From positions 3,618,772 to 3,682,771 of the forward strand of contig CAWELD010000003.1 of NCBI GenBank assembly GCA_963809895.1: DNA of 64,000 nt. Direction: 5' to 3'. Shown piece after piece: positions 18,797 to 30,630 of the stretch (position 1 is the stretch's first letter; each line of letters begins with the position of its first letter). The notes below the pieces were generated by a model that did no database searches, was not told where the DNA came from, and saw only the letters and a program-made list of their open reading frames with translations. The position numbers and the translations under genes were made by a program. The stretch comes from an uncultured Gemmatimonadales bacterium. Lineage in GTDB: Bacteria; Gemmatimonadota; Gemmatimonadetes; Longimicrobiales; Gaopeijiaceae.

Positions 18797-20236
18797 ATGA
18801 ACGGCGCGACCATCTTCATCGACGGCGATTGGCGGGCCTCCGCCAACGAGGCGACCATCCCGGTGCTGAACCCGAGCACCGGCGAAACCTTCAGCGAGCT
18901 GTCCCGCGGCGGGCAGCAGGACGTGGACGATGCGGTGCGGGCCGCGCGCCGCGCCTTCGAGACCCGCTGGTCCAGGACCTCACCGGTGGAGCGGGGGCGG
19001 ATCCTCATGCGCATGTCGGCGCTGATCAACGACAACCACGAGGAGCTGTCGCTGCTGGAGTGCCGCGACGTGGGCAAGCCACTGAGCCAGGCGAAGCGCG
19101 ACATCTCGGCGGCGGCGCGCTACTGCGAGTATTACGGGGGCGCGGCCGACAAGCTCCACGGCGAGACGATCCCCTACGAGCCGGGCTACACGGTGCTGGC
19201 GCTGCGGGAGCCCTTCGGCGTCACCGGGCACATCATCCCCTGGAACTATCCGGCGCAGATGTTCGGGCGCTCGGTCATCGCCTCCATCGCCGCGGGCAAC
19301 GCCATCGTCATCAAGCCCGGCGAGGACGCCTGCATGAGCATCCTGCGCATGACCGAGCTGGCCAGCGAGGCGGGGCTCCCCGACGGCGTGCTCAACGTGG
19401 TCACGGGCTACGGCGAGGAGGCGGGCGCGGCGCTGGCCGGCCATCCCGACGTGGATCACATCTCGTTCACCGGCTCGCCGGCCACCGGCACCCGGGTGCA
19501 ACAGGCGGCGGCGGTCTACAACCATCCCGCCACCATGGAGCTGGGCGGCAAGTCGCCGCAGATCGTCTTCGCCGACGCCGACCTGGAGGCCGCGCTCCCG
19601 CTCCTGCACAACGCCATCATCCAGAACGCCGGACAGACCTGCTCGGCCGGGAGCCGGCTGCTCATCGAGCAGAGCCGCTTCGACGAGGTGATGGAGGCGC
19701 TGTCGAGCCGCTTCGAGGGCACCCGCGTGGGCCCTGCCGAGGAGGATCCCGACTGCGGTCCACTGATCTCCGCCAAGCAGGCCGAGCGCGTGCGCTCCTT
19801 CCTGGACCGGGCCGAGGAGGCCTCGCTGACGCTGGTGGCGGCGGCCGACGACGAGGCCGAGCGCAGGAACGGCGGCAACTACGTCGCCCCGCGCCTGTAC
19901 GCGCCCGTCGAGCCTGACAACGAGCTGTCGCGCATGGAGATCTTCGGCCCGGTGCTGGTGGCCACGCCCTTCCAGGACGAGGCCGAAGCGGTGCGCATCG
20001 CCAACGACACCGACTACGGGCTGGTCACGGGACTCTGGACCCGCGACGGCGGCCGCCAGATGCGCGTGGCCAAGGCCATCAAGAGTGGCCAGGTGTTCGT
20101 GAACTGCTACGGCGCCGGAGGCGGGGTGGAGCTCCCCTTCGGCGGCATGAAGCGCTCCGGCTACGGACGCGAGAAGGGCATGGAAGGACTCAAGAGCTTC
20201 ACGCAGATCAAGATGGTGGCACTGAACCATGGCTGA
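18797..20236 (+). CDS. Aldehyde dehydrogenase
   Basis: IIPWNYP, SFTGS, MELGGKSP, GQTCSAG, EIFGPV, PFGGMKRSGYGRE. Confidence 0.95.
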   Translation: MNGATIFIDGDWRASANEATIPVLNPSTGETFSELSRGGQQDVDDAVRAARRAFETRWSRTSPVERGRILMRMSALINDNHEELSLLECRDVGKPLSQAKRDISAAARYCEYYGGAADKLHGETIPYEPGYTVLALREPFGVTGHIIPWNYPAQMFGRSVIASIAAGNAIVIKPGEDACMSILRMTELASEAGLPDGVLNVVTGYGEEAGAALAGHPDVDHISFTGSPATGTRVQQAAAVYNHPATMELGGKSPQIVFADADLEAALPLLHNAIIQNAGQTCSAGSRLLIEQSRFDEVMEALSSRFEGTRVGPAEEDPDCGPLISAKQAERVRSFLDRAEEASLTLVAAADDEAERRNGGNYVAPRLYAPVEPDNELSRMEIFGPVLVATPFQDEAEAVRIANDTDYGLVTGLWTRDGGRQMRVAKAIKSGQVFVNCYGAGGGVELPFGGMKRSGYGREKGMEGLKSFTQIKMVALNHG

Positions 20237-21035
20237 GGGAGCACACGGCATGTTCGACCTGACGGACCGGGTGGTGGCGGTGATCGGCGCCGGCAGCGGC
20301 ATCGGCGAAGCGGTGGCCCACGCGTGCGCCGAGCAGGGCGCCACGGTGGCGTGCCTGGACGTGGACGAGGCCGCCGCCCAGACGGTGGCCGACGCCATCA
20401 CCGCCGCCGGCAGCGGCGCCGCCGAAGCGGGCCACATCGACATCACCGACGGCGTCGAGGTGCGGCGCGTCCTGGAGGGGATCGCCCAGCGCCACGGCCG
20501 CCTCGACGGCGTGGCGTGCACGCCCGGCGTCAACGTGCGCAAGCCCATCCTGGACTACGCCCCCGAGGAGTTCCAGAAGGTGGTGGACGTGAACCTCAAG
20601 GGGACCTTCCAGGTGCTCCAGGCCGCGGGCCGCATCATGAAGGAGGCCGGCCGCGGCAGCATCGTCCTGTTCGCCTCCATCCGGGCCGCCGTGGTCGAGC
20701 CGGGCCAGAGCGTGTACGCCTCCACCAAGGCCGGCATCGTCCAGCTCGCCCGCACCGCGGCCGCCGAGTGGGGCAAGGCCGGCGTGCGCGTGAACGCCAT
20801 CGCGCCCGGCGTGGTGGAGACGCCGCTGACCGCCCCCATCAAGGCCCACGCCGACTGGTACGGCGCCTACGCGGCCAAGAGCGCGCTGGGACGCTGGGCC
20901 CAGCCGAAGGAGATGGCCGGGCCCACGGCGTTCCTCATGTCCGACGCCGCCAGCTTCCTCACCGGCACCGTCCTGTTCGTGGACGGGGGATGGACGGCGG
21001 TGGACGGTCGCTTCCAGCCGCCGGGCATGGGGTGA
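20229..21035 (+). CDS. SDR family oxidoreductase
   Basis: GAGSGIG, YASTK, VNAIAPG, VDGGW. Confidence 0.94.
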   Translation: MAEGAHGMFDLTDRVVAVIGAGSGIGEAVAHACAEQGATVACLDVDEAAAQTVADAITAAGSGAAEAGHIDITDGVEVRRVLEGIAQRHGRLDGVACTPGVNVRKPILDYAPEEFQKVVDVNLKGTFQVLQAAGRIMKEAGRGSIVLFASIRAAVVEPGQSVYASTKAGIVQLARTAAAEWGKAGVRVNAIAPGVVETPLTAPIKAHADWYGAYAAKSALGRWAQPKEMAGPTAFLMSDAASFLTGTVLFVDGGWTAVDGRFQPPGMG

Positions 21036-21120
21036 GCGCGAGGCCGTCGATGGCGCCGGCCCGCGTCGGCTCGCCGCGTGACGCGGCCCCGCCGAGGGTC
21101 GCCGCGCCGCCCCGGGTTCC

Positions 21121-22185
21121 GTGAGCCGGTCCTTCGAGATCGGGGTCGTCGCCGGCGACGGCATCGGCCCCGAAGTCGTGGAGGCGGCCATCCCCCTCGT
21201 GGAGCGGGCCGCCGCTGCCGAGGGCGTGCGCCTGTCGTGGACCCGCTTTCCCTGGGGATGCGACTTCTACCGGGACACCGGCGCCATGATGCCCGCCGAC
21301 GGCCTGGACCGCCTGGCCGACACCGACGCCATCTTCCTGGGCGCCGTGGGCCGCCCCGACGTGCCCGATCACGTGTCGGTCTGGGGACTCATCCTGCCCA
21401 TCCGCCAGCGCTTCGAGCAGTACGTGAACCTGAGGCCCATGCGGCTTCTGCCCGGGGTGGCGGGCCCCCTGGCCGGCCGCGCACCCGCCGACCTGGACAT
21501 GGTGTGCGTACGCGAGAACAGCGAAGGCGAGTACTCCGGTGCCGGGGGCCGCTTCGATCAGGGGACTCCCGACGAGCGCGCCGAGCAGACCGGCGTCTTC
21601 ACCCGCCGGGGCATCGAGCGCGTGGCCCGCTTCGCCTTCGAGCTGGCCAGCCGCCGCCCCCGCCGCCTCCTGGCCAGCGCCACCAAGTCCAACGCCTGGC
21701 AGCACGCCATGGTGCTCTGGGATCAGGTGGTGGCCGAGGTGGCCCGGGACTTCCCCCAGGTCACGTGGCGTCCCTATCACGTGGATGCGCTGGCCGCGCG
21801 CATGGTCACCAATCCCGCGAGCCTCGACGTCATCGTCGCCTCCAACCTCTTCGGCGACATCCTCACCGACCTGGGCGCGGCGCTCACCGGCTCCCTGGGA
21901 TTGGCCCCCGGCGCGAACTTGAATCCCCCGGGCGAGCATCCCTCCATGTTCGAGCCCATCCACGGCTCCGCGCCCGACATCGCCGGCCAGGGCATCGCCA
22001 ACCCCGTGGGCGCCATCTGGGCCGGCGCCCTCATGCTCCAGCACCTGGGCCTCGACGACGCCCACGACCGCCTGGTCGCCGCCATCGAGGACGTCTTGGC
22101 GGAAGGCGCCGTGAGGACGCCGGACCTGGGAGGGGTAGCGGGGACCGCGGAGATGGCGCAGGCGATCGGGGGGCGGCTGGGGTAG
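21121..22185 (+). CDS. Tartrate dehydrogenase/decarboxylase-like enzyme (isocitrate/isopropylmalate DH family)
   Basis: GDGIGPEV, PDHVSVWGL, RENSEGEY, ATKSN, NLFGDILTDL, FEPIHGSAPDIAG. Confidence 0.9.
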   Translation: MSRSFEIGVVAGDGIGPEVVEAAIPLVERAAAAEGVRLSWTRFPWGCDFYRDTGAMMPADGLDRLADTDAIFLGAVGRPDVPDHVSVWGLILPIRQRFEQYVNLRPMRLLPGVAGPLAGRAPADLDMVCVRENSEGEYSGAGGRFDQGTPDERAEQTGVFTRRGIERVARFAFELASRRPRRLLASATKSNAWQHAMVLWDQVVAEVARDFPQVTWRPYHVDALAARMVTNPASLDVIVASNLFGDILTDLGAALTGSLGLAPGANLNPPGEHPSMFEPIHGSAPDIAGQGIANPVGAIWAGALMLQHLGLDDAHDRLVAAIEDVLAEGAVRTPDLGGVAGTAEMAQAIGGRLG

Positions 22186-22207
22186 GTGGGGGCGTGCGGA
22201 TGCCTCG

Positions 22208-22392
22208 GTGCCGCAAACCGAGCAAGCGCGGCCTCATTCCAGACGGATGCGGGATTCACGGCGATTATTCTGGTCGGTCGTGCGAGCGGTGGCTCACGCC
22301 CCGCGCGAATCAGGATTCGCGGCAATAGTTGTCGTCGATCGCGCAGGCATCGTCGTGGGACTGCCCGATTGTCGGGTTCACGGCAGCCGGTT
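22208..22392 (+). repeat. Dispersed ~180-bp repeat, copy A
   Basis: Collinear with 27474-27657; identical 21-mer CAGGATTCGCGGCAATAGTTG at 22311 and 27577. Confidence 0.8.
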
Positions 22393-22585
22393 CCGCGATC
22401 CTGTCTGCCCGACGCGCATCCATATCGCGCTCGCGTGCCGCGGTGACGTTGGAGGCGCCCGCAGCGCACTTTCGCGGACCGGTGCCACGGATCCCATGGG
22501 GATGGCGCGCGGTGATCATGTTTCCGGGACGCACGACGCATGATCCAGCTTGCCGCGGACGTGGCGGTCCGGCCAACTTGGCGTC

Positions 22586-22777
22586 ATGAGCATCACGGAT
22601 CTGGAAGTCGAGGCCCTTCGCAACATGTCTCCGGCGCAGAAGTTGGCCGTCATGCACGCGTTGATCCGACAGGCGTTCGAGCTCAAGGCCGCCGCGGTGC
22701 GAGCTCGCTGGCCCGACCTGTCGGAAGCCGAGGTCCGGGAACGCGCCTGGGCGATGGTGGCTGGTGACCAGCCCTGA
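22586..22777 (+). CDS. Small hypothetical protein (antitoxin-like partner of nucleotidyltransferase genes)
   Basis: 63 aa, LRNMSPAQKL...ARWPDLSEAEV; overlaps a GTG start of a gene cut after about 11 codons. Confidence 0.6.
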   Translation: MSITDLEVEALRNMSPAQKLAVMHALIRQAFELKAAAVRARWPDLSEAEVRERAWAMVAGDQP

Positions 22778-22795
22778 CCTCATCGGGCTCTTCGC

Positions 22796-22990
22796 GTGCC
22801 GGAAACGGCTGGCAAGCGCCGACCTTTCGCCAGGAGGGTCGCGGGGATCACGACGATTAGGTTAACGCGACATCGATCTGTCCTGGCAAGACGGCGCGGC
22901 GGCTCCTGAGCGAATCTGGGCTTCGCGGCGATAGTTGTCGTCCATCGCGCGGCCGCCGTCTCAGGAGCAGCGGACTGCTGGAATTGCCAG
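22796..22990 (+). repeat. Dispersed repeat, copy B (diverged)
   Basis: GTGCCGGAAAC...CGACCTTTCGCCAGG...GGATCCACGACGATTA...TTCGCGGCGATAGTTGTCGTCCATCGCGC. Confidence 0.7.
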
Positions 22991-23109
22991 TAGGCGCGCA
23001 GCGATCTGGTGCTGGTGCGCGGGCCAGGGAGAGCTCTCGATTCCGGCGACGGTACCCTGCACGCGCTGACAGCGTCACGAGATGCACGGTATGCTGACAA
23101 AGCATCGAA

Positions 23110-23170
23110 CAGCGAGCTGAAGGTGGTGCTCGACGACGAGGAACTCGAGGAGATCCGGCGGATCTCCGCG
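23110..23170 (+). pseudogene. Possible RHH/CopG antitoxin N-terminal remnant
   Basis: LKVVLDDEELEEIRRI resembles the start of CopG-like antitoxins; no intact ORF. Confidence 0.3.
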
Positions 23171-23402
23171 CCGACGTGGCATCTCCGTCTCGGAGTGGAT
23201 CCGTCGGTGTATCCGCACCCGACTCCGCCGGGAAACGTCGAGCGATGCTGCGCGGAAGCTTGCGGTGGTGCGTCATGCGTACCGGCAGTCGCAACCTACG
23301 GCGGCCATCGATGTCATGCTGCGGGAAATCGCAGAGGGGCGCTCGCAAGTCGACGGTTGATCGTTGCGGCGGTGGCGCACCGTCTTGGGGGCCAGCTGTT
23401 TC

Positions 23403-24065
23403 CTACTGCGTCGTCGTCACCTGTGTCGACGTGACCAGATTGTCGACGATGAGCTTGAGGGTCACCGTCGTGCCTCGTAGGCCCGCGTTCAAGAAGGCCG
23501 TCGCGCCCGTGGGGGAGACGATCGGCGCTGGTGTGAACGGATCCACATCCACCTTCCACGAGACTCTGTGTCCCGTCGGCGACAGCTCCTCGCCATCCAC
23601 ATCGAAGAGCAGTGCGTGAATCTCGAGGCGTTCCTGCGGCCCCAGCACGATCGGCGACGGATCGATCTCGATACGCGCAACCCGCACAGGCGGCACGAAG
23701 ACCTGCGCGCGGCCCTGACCGAACCCGAGCCGCATGTCGATGACGGCCTTCCCGGCCTGGAGCGTCGTGACGTGCAGCAGGGAGCCGTCCACCTCGGCGT
23801 CGACCACCTCGGGGTTCAGGTTCACGAGCTGCACCCGAGACACCCTGTCGGGCAGCGAGTCATCGCGCTGATCGAACACGGCGATCCGGAAGTCGAAGCT
23901 CTCGCCCACGGGCACGTGGGCCGAGTCGGGCAGCAGGCGGATGTCGTCCACGTAGCTGGGGGCGGTGCCGTCCTGGCAGGCGGTCAGCCAGGCGCCGGCC
24001 AGCACGCCTCCGCACACGAGAGCGACCCACGCGCGCTCAATCCGCCGGTCCATGCGCCTCCGCAT
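23403..24065 (-). CDS. Ig-like domain lipoprotein
   Basis: Lipobox LTAC; two beta-rich Big-like modules; starts 1 bp after the receptor stop. Confidence 0.7.
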   Translation of the reverse strand: MRRRMDRRIERAWVALVCGGVLAGAWLTACQDGTAPSYVDDIRLLPDSAHVPVGESFDFRIAVFDQRDDSLPDRVSRVQLVNLNPEVVDAEVDGSLLHVTTLQAGKAVIDMRLGFGQGRAQVFVPPVRVARIEIDPSPIVLGPQERLEIHALLFDVDGEELSPTGHRVSWKVDVDPFTPAPIVSPTGATAFLNAGLRGTTVTLKLIVDNLVTSTQVTTTQ

Positions 24066-24066
24066 G

Positions 24067-27000
24067 TCAGCGCCTCCCGCGATCGAAGGTCACCCGGGCC
24101 CCGAGCTGGATCTGCCACTGGGAGTCGGGGGATACCGGCGCCCAAGCGGCCGACGGACGGACCTTCCCGTCGTCGTCGCGCTTCGGGAGGACGCCTCCTC
24201 CCCAACGGAGCAGCGTCGGTCTGGTGGGGGTCTGCGGTCCGCAGTTGCACAGCTCGTAGAGCGGCACCTGGGGGCGGACCTGCTGGATGGTGCCCCAGCT
24301 TCCGTTGAGCAGGTTGAGGACGTTGACCAGGTCGCCCTCGAATCGCACATCGGCCTGGCCCAGCCGGAGCGTCTGGGTGACGCGCAGGTCCAGCCGATTC
24401 TCCCAGGGCGCGCGGCAGGCGTTACGCCCCAGGATCCGGCCCCGGTTCTCTCGCAGGCAGGCATCGCTCTTCAGCGCGCCCGCCGTGAGGATCTGGGTGG
24501 CGATGGTGGCGGGGAGGTTGCCGGCGTCGACGGGCACCCACACCGGGTCGTTGTAGCGGTCCAGGGCGCCTCCCAGACTCGGAAGGTGATCCCCGTTGAG
24601 GTCGAAGTCGTAGACGTAGGTGAACGGAAGGCCCGATTGCCCGGTGTACAGCAACGAGATCTGGGTGTCGGGGAGCCCGGCGAACGGCGCCCCGTAGATG
24701 CTCGCCACGATCTTGTGGGGCCGATCGAAGTTGGAGGTGGTGAGCGGCGGCTTGTTGAGGTTCTGGGAGATGGGGTTCAGACCGATGTTGGACAGCATGT
24801 CGGCGAAGACGAGGCTGGTCCGGTCCCAGGAGCGCGCCAGCGCATAGCCGAGTTGGAACTGGAGCCGCCGGGCCAGCGTGCCCCGGACTTCGGCGGTGAT
24901 CGAGGCGCCCCAGTCCTCGCCCTCGTTGGTCACCAGGAGCATGTGATCGAAGGGCGCGCCCCGGGTCCCGTAGAAGCGCCGTTCACCGAGGAGTGTATAG
25001 CCCGGCGCCGGATTCCCGCCCTGCTCGTAGTTGAGCTCGTGGATGGCGACCTGGTTGAGCGCCTTGCTGAAGAGCGCGCCCAGCGAGCCGCTGATCCAGT
25101 CGGCGAACTCGTGATCCACCCCCACCGAGAACTTCAGGTCCTGCGGAAACCGGAAGCCGTCCTCGAAAACCACGACGTTGTTGAGCCGGCGGCATCCCTG
25201 GGGGGACGGCGGCGACGACTCGAAACCAGGTGCATCGTCCCCCACGCACACCTGGGTGTAGGAGCGCAGGCCGTCGTTGTGGAAGGCGTCGGCCACCCAC
25301 ACGTAGGGGATCTGCCCGGTGAACATGCCGCCACCGGCCCGGATCTGCGTGCGGTGCTCCCCGCTGCTCTGCCAGTTGATGCCCCACCGCGGCGAGATCA
25401 TGAAGTTGCCGCTGGGCACGTCGGCGGTTGAATAGCCGAAGTAGTCCAGGACGTCCAGGTTCTCCGGGGGATTGGAGAGCAGGTAGGGCACGTCCACGCG
25501 GATCCCCAGGCGCAGGCTGAGCCCCTTGCCGGGCCGCATCTGATTCTGGGCGAAGAATCCCCACTCCGCGGCCTGGAGACTCACCTCCGGCGTCTCGCCC
25601 TCGGCCAGCACGGCGCGCTGGTACCGAGCCGGGGTGTCCTCTTCCAGCGCCTGCAGGCTCGGGAAGAAGTACTCGCCGCGGGCGCCGGGCAGGTAGGAGT
25701 GCTGGATGTCGATGTACGAGCCGGTCACGCCCACCGTGAGCACGCCGTCGTCGCCCCGGGGGATGTCCAACGAGTTGGTCAGCCGGTAGGCGGTCTGCGC
25801 GAGATGGTTCTCCTGGCCGAAGAAGTTGCCGCCCAGCCGTGTCGAGCGCTGATACGAGGAGCCGTCGATGCTGCTGATGAGCTCCACCTCCACCTGGGGC
25901 CAGTCGGACGCCGGGCGCGTCTCGTCGGTGCTCCGGGCCACGCTGAGCTCGAGCTCGTTGGAGCCCAGTCCCGCGAAGTCGCTGAAGAGCTGCACCGAGG
26001 TCGTGTTCGAGGTCGAGGTGCGGAACACGGCGTTGGACGACAGCTCGTAGGGATCGAAGCCGGTCCGGTTGGGCGTCTCGTCGTTCTCGGCCCGGGCGAA
26101 CACGTTGCGGGCCGTGAGCCGGTGGCCGCGGGCGATGTTCCAATCCACGCGCGCGAACACGTTGGAGAGCCGCTGTCCCAGGGGATACGCCTCTGCCTTG
26201 CCGGTGGCCAGGCCGTAGGTGCTCTCGAAGTCGTCCTGCAGCTCGGTGATCTTGTCCGTGGAGATGCGGATCAGGCTACCGTCGTCCCGGAACAGGTTGT
26301 AGCCCACCGGCACGTGACTGCGGTCCTCGAACTCCCCCGCCACGAAGACGTGGGCCCGGTCCCGGACGATGGGCCCGCCCATCGACAGCGCGAGGAGCGA
26401 GCGGTGGACGCCCGACGCCTCCACGGGACCGGTCACGAGTTGGAGGTCGCCCATGAGCGCTTCCGCGCGGTACACCGCCGAGGTGCGCACCCGCCAGTCG
26501 TTGGTCCCGGACCGGGTGACGGCGTTCATGACCCCGCCGGTGAAGCCCGACAGGCGCACGTCGAAGGGCGCCACCAGCACCTCGTACTGGCTGATGGCGT
26601 CCAGCGGGATCAGCTTGGCGCCCGCCTGCCCGCCGGGCACGCCCCCGGAGGTGAGCCCGAACAGGTCCTTGTTCAGCACCCCGTCGATGAGGATGGCGTT
26701 GTAGCGGTCGTTCTGGCCGGCGATGGAGAATCCCCCGCTCTCGGTGGGCTTCACCAGCGGCGATAGGAGCGAGAGCTGCATCACGTCGCGGGACATGAGC
26801 GGGGTGGACTCCACCGCGCGCTCGCTGAGCCGCGTCGTCGGACCCACCAGGTCCCGGTCGAATACCCGCGCCCGGCGCTCCACCTCGACATCCAATCCCT
26901 CCAGCTCCAGCGCCTCGGTGCGTAGCACCACGTCCACGACCGTCGTCTCGCCCACCGGCAGCGTCAGGTCGTCACGCTGGAAGTCGGCGAAGCCCAGGTT

Positions 27001-27325
27001 CGAAACCGTAACCGTGTACGGCCCGCCGGGCTGGAGCAGCAGCACCAGGAAGGCGCCGTTGGCGTTGGTGAGCGTGGCTCGCTCGGCGCCGGTGGCCTGG
27101 TGCCGCACCACGACCTCGGCGCCCGACACCGGCGTGCCGTCCTCCTGGACCACCGTGCCCCGGATGGCGGAGCTCGTGCGGGATTGAGCGGACAGCGGGG
27201 AGGGGTTGCGAGCGCGGTCAATGCAACTGTATCGCCAGCCCGCGACCGCGGGCGCGCCGGCTATGGAGCGGACGGCGCGTGCGAAGCGCGGCGGCACCGG
27301 GTGCGTGGCAGCGACGAGACGGCAT
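24067..27325 (-). CDS. Oar-type TonB-dependent receptor (start uncertain, probable indel in signal region)
   Basis: GQNDRYNAILIDG, APFDVRLSGFTGGVMNAVTRSGTN, ISPRWGINW, RNACRAPW, WQIQLGARVTF. Confidence 0.88.
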
Positions 27326-27473
27326 GTTGAGGAGGGCCTCCGGCTCGGGTCGACGAACAGGCTGCGGCTCCCGACTATTTACGGGATACAGCTATCGTAC
27401 GTGAGACCTTACACGCTACCCCCCCCCGATTCTTCGCAAATCGGGATGTGAGCCCCGCGGACGGCGGGCGGCG

Positions 27474-27657
27474 CTGCCGACAACCCAGCAACCGCGACCT
27501 TTCTCCAGGCGGATGCAGGATCCGCGACGATAATTCCGGTCGGCTCCGCAAGCGCCGGCCCGGGGCCCCAGCGACGCAGGATTCGCGGCAATAGTTGCCC
27601 TCAATCGCGCAGCCACCGCCTGAGGACCGCCCGATGCAGGGTTTCCGGCAGCCCGTC
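27474..27657 (+). repeat. Dispersed repeat, copy C
   Basis: See copy A; 5' part CAACCCAGCAACCGCGACCT is identical to copy D. Confidence 0.8.
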
Positions 27658-27784
27658 AGTGAGCCGAGCACCGTTCCAACCCCCCTCCCGCAGCCAGCAT
27701 CCAACCAGAAAGACGCGCCCACGCATGCCACCACCACCCGCGCCGCCCGTCTGACTCCGGTAACGGCCACCTCCCATCGGACCC

Positions 27785-30200
27785 ATGGCCGCCTTCCTCC
27801 AGGATGCCCGCTACGCGCTGAAGAAGCTCTTGGGCGAGCCCTCGTTCGTCGTGTTCGCCACGCTGATCCTGGGGCTCGGGGTGGGCGCCAACACGGCGGT
27901 GTTCAGTGTGATGAGCCCGCTCATGCTGCGTCCACTGCCCTTTCACGAGCCGGACCGCCTGGTGTGGGTGCCGCTGTCCCGGGCCGGGGGGATGTCGTCG
28001 ATCACCTCGCGCACCTCGAACCTGCGCGACTTCCGCCGACTCAACCGCTCCTTCGATGGGCTCACGGGCTACTTCGCGTTCTTCGAGTACGAGAGCTACA
28101 ACCTGACAGGCGACGGTGACCCGGAGCGCCTGGTGGGCGTGGGCGTCGCCCGCGACTTCCTGGAGGTCCTGGGCGTGACGCCCCTCTCGGGCGCAACTTC
28201 GTCGAGGAGGAGGGCGTCTGGGACGGTCGTCCGGCGGTCGATCCTGACGCACGATTTCTGGACGCGGCGCTACGGGGCCGACCCCTCCATCGTCGGTCGT
28301 GCGATCACGCTCAACGACGTGGCGACCGAGGTGGTGGGCGTGCTGCCGGCATCCTTCGACTTCGCCTCGACCTTCGTGCCTGCCTCCCGGGTGGACTTCC
28401 TGCGCCCGTTCCCGATCAGCGACGAGACCGACCAATGGGGCAACACCATGGCCATGATCGGTCGTCTCCGGCCGGGGCGACGGTCGAGAGCGCGCAGGCC
28501 GACGTGGACCGTATGGTCGCGGAGCTGCAGCGGGCCGACCCGGACCGCTGGGGGCTCGGTGGGGTGGTGATGCCGCTGCGGGAGCACATCGCGGGGGGCT
28601 TCCGCAACGCATGCTGCTCCTCGCGGCCGCCGCTGGCGCGGTCATGCTGGTGGCGTGCCTGAACCTCTCCAACCTGCTGCTGGCGCGCGGGCGCACGCGA
28701 GGGCGGGAGATGGCGGTGCGCAGCGCGCTGGGAGCGGACCGGGGACGGCTGGTGCGGCAGCTCGTCCTCGAGAGCGTGATGCTCGCCCTCGCTGGTGGGG
28801 CGGTCGGTGCACTCCTGGCGTTCGGGGTCACGCGCGCGGTGGCGGGTTCGAGGGCCGTGGAGATCCCCATGCTCAGCGCCGTGACGGTGGACCTTCGGGC
28901 GCTGGGGTTCACGTTTGCGGTGGCGCTGGTGGCGGGCCTGGTCATGGGCGTGGTTCCGGCGCTGCAGCTCGCGCGCACGGGCGAAGCGAGCACCCTCACC
29001 GATGCGAGCCGGGGCAGCAGCGAGGGCCGGCGGGGCACCGCGGCCCGTGAGACCCTGGTCGTGGCCGAAATGGCGCTCGCCCTGGTGCTCCTGGTCGGCG
29101 GCGGCCTCCTCTTGCGCAGCTTCGCCAACGTCCTGGACGTGCAACTCGGTTTCCAGCCCGAGGGCGTCGTCACCTGGCGGGTGGACTCGACCCGGGAATT
29201 CGAGACCCGGACCGAGCGGGCCGCGTTCTACGACGACCTGATTGGCCGTGTCGATGCGCTACCGGGTGTGGAAGCCGCCGGCCTCACAGACACCACCCCG
29301 CTGGGGCGCAACCGGAGTTGGGGGATGCGCGTGGAGGGCGTGTCGTACGAGCGCGGGGAGTACATCGGGCTCTTCCCGCGCGTCGTGGACCACCGGTACG
29401 TCCAGGCCATGGACATCCCCCTGAAGAGCGGCCGCTACCTGACGGCCGACGATCGCGAGGCAACGCAGCGCGTGGTGCTCATCAACGAGGCGGCTGCCGA
29501 GCGCGCCTTCCCGGACCAGGACCCCATCGGCAAGCGGCTGTTGATCACCGACGACGAGCCGTGGGAGGTGGTGGGGGTCGTGGGCAACGTGCGGCATCAG
29601 TCGCTGGAGCAGGGTGCGACGTCGGAAGTGTACCTCCCGTATACCCAGCTCTGGGACATGTCCACGGCGGAGATGGTCGTACGCTCCCGGGTGCCGGTGG
29701 CCTCGCTGGTACCGGGCGTACGGGCCGCGATCCGGGCCGTGGACCCGTCCATGCCCACCGACGACTTCAGAACCCTCGACGACGTCGTGGACCGGGCCGT
29801 GTCTCCCCGGCGCTTCATCCTGGCGCTGCTCGGAGCCTTCGCGGGCACCGCGCTCGTGCTCGCTGCGCTGGGGATCTACGCCGTGCTCTCGTACACAGTC
29901 AGCCAGAGGCTCCCGGAGATCGGGATCCGCATGGCGCTGGGCGAGTCCGCGACGAGCGTGCGCCGCCGCGTCGTCGGCCGGACGCTGGCCCTCGCCGGCG
30001 CCGGCGTGGCCATCGGCCTCGTCCTGTCCCTCGCCCTCTCGACGCTGATCGCCTCGCTCCTCTACGGCGTGGGAGCCACCGATGCCCTCACGTTCGTGGC
30101 CACCTCGGCCGGGCTGCTCGTGATGGCGCTCATCGCCGGATACCTCCCGGCTCGGCGAGCATCGCGCGTGGATCCCGTGGAGGCGCTCAGGACGATGTGA
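27785..30200 (+). CDS. ADOP-type duplicated ABC permease with several frameshifts (~28190-28220, ~28475, ~28610)
   Basis: LQDARYALKKL, LGVGANTAVFS, ACLNLSNLLL, PARRASRVDPVEALR distributed over successive frames. Confidence 0.88.
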
Positions 30201-30229
30201 GCGTGTCCGGCGGGGCGCCGGACATCCGG

Positions 30230-30492
30230 CTACCGCTCGCTCTTCGGTCCGGTCGGTAGCTCGTCGCCCTCGAGGGGGCGTGCGGAAGGCACCGTCGCCA
30301 GAGCCTGCGAGAAACGCCTCGCGTGAGCCCTTGAGCGGCCCGCTTCTCCAGATAGGCGACGGTGTCCAGCGCGGAGACCTTCTCCGCCAGGGCCGTCGCG
30401 ATCAACTGGTTGATCGAGATGCCCTCTCGCTGGGCGAGCTCCCTCGCCCGCTGATGCAGGGACTCGGGCAGCCGGATGCTCATCGTGCTCAT
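30230..30492 (-). CDS. HicB-like RHH antitoxin (frameshifted near C-terminus)
   Basis: MSTMSIRLPESLHQRARELAQREGISINQLIATALAEK; tail ...GDEL in another frame. Confidence 0.78.
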
Positions 30493-30630
30493 GACGATTC
30501 CTCCATCTCCATCAGCACCGCGCGCGGGGTGAGGGCGCGGATTCCGAACTTCTCTTCCATGCCGTCGAAGTCTCGAACGTTGTGCGTCGCGATGACCGGT
30601 GCGCCGGCCTCGACGGCCGATACCGCGCAT
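30489..30630 (-). pseudogene. PIN-domain toxin C-terminal fragment
   Basis: AVEAGAPVIATHNVRDF...FGIRALTP; ATGA overlap with the antitoxin; N-terminus absent. Confidence 0.72.

Noticed and set aside
1..20236. Nylon oligomer (nylC/nylD/nylE) pathway
   Set aside because: Only family-level similarity; the ALDH lies more than 15 kb away in another operon and the peptidase motifs fit the generic P1 family
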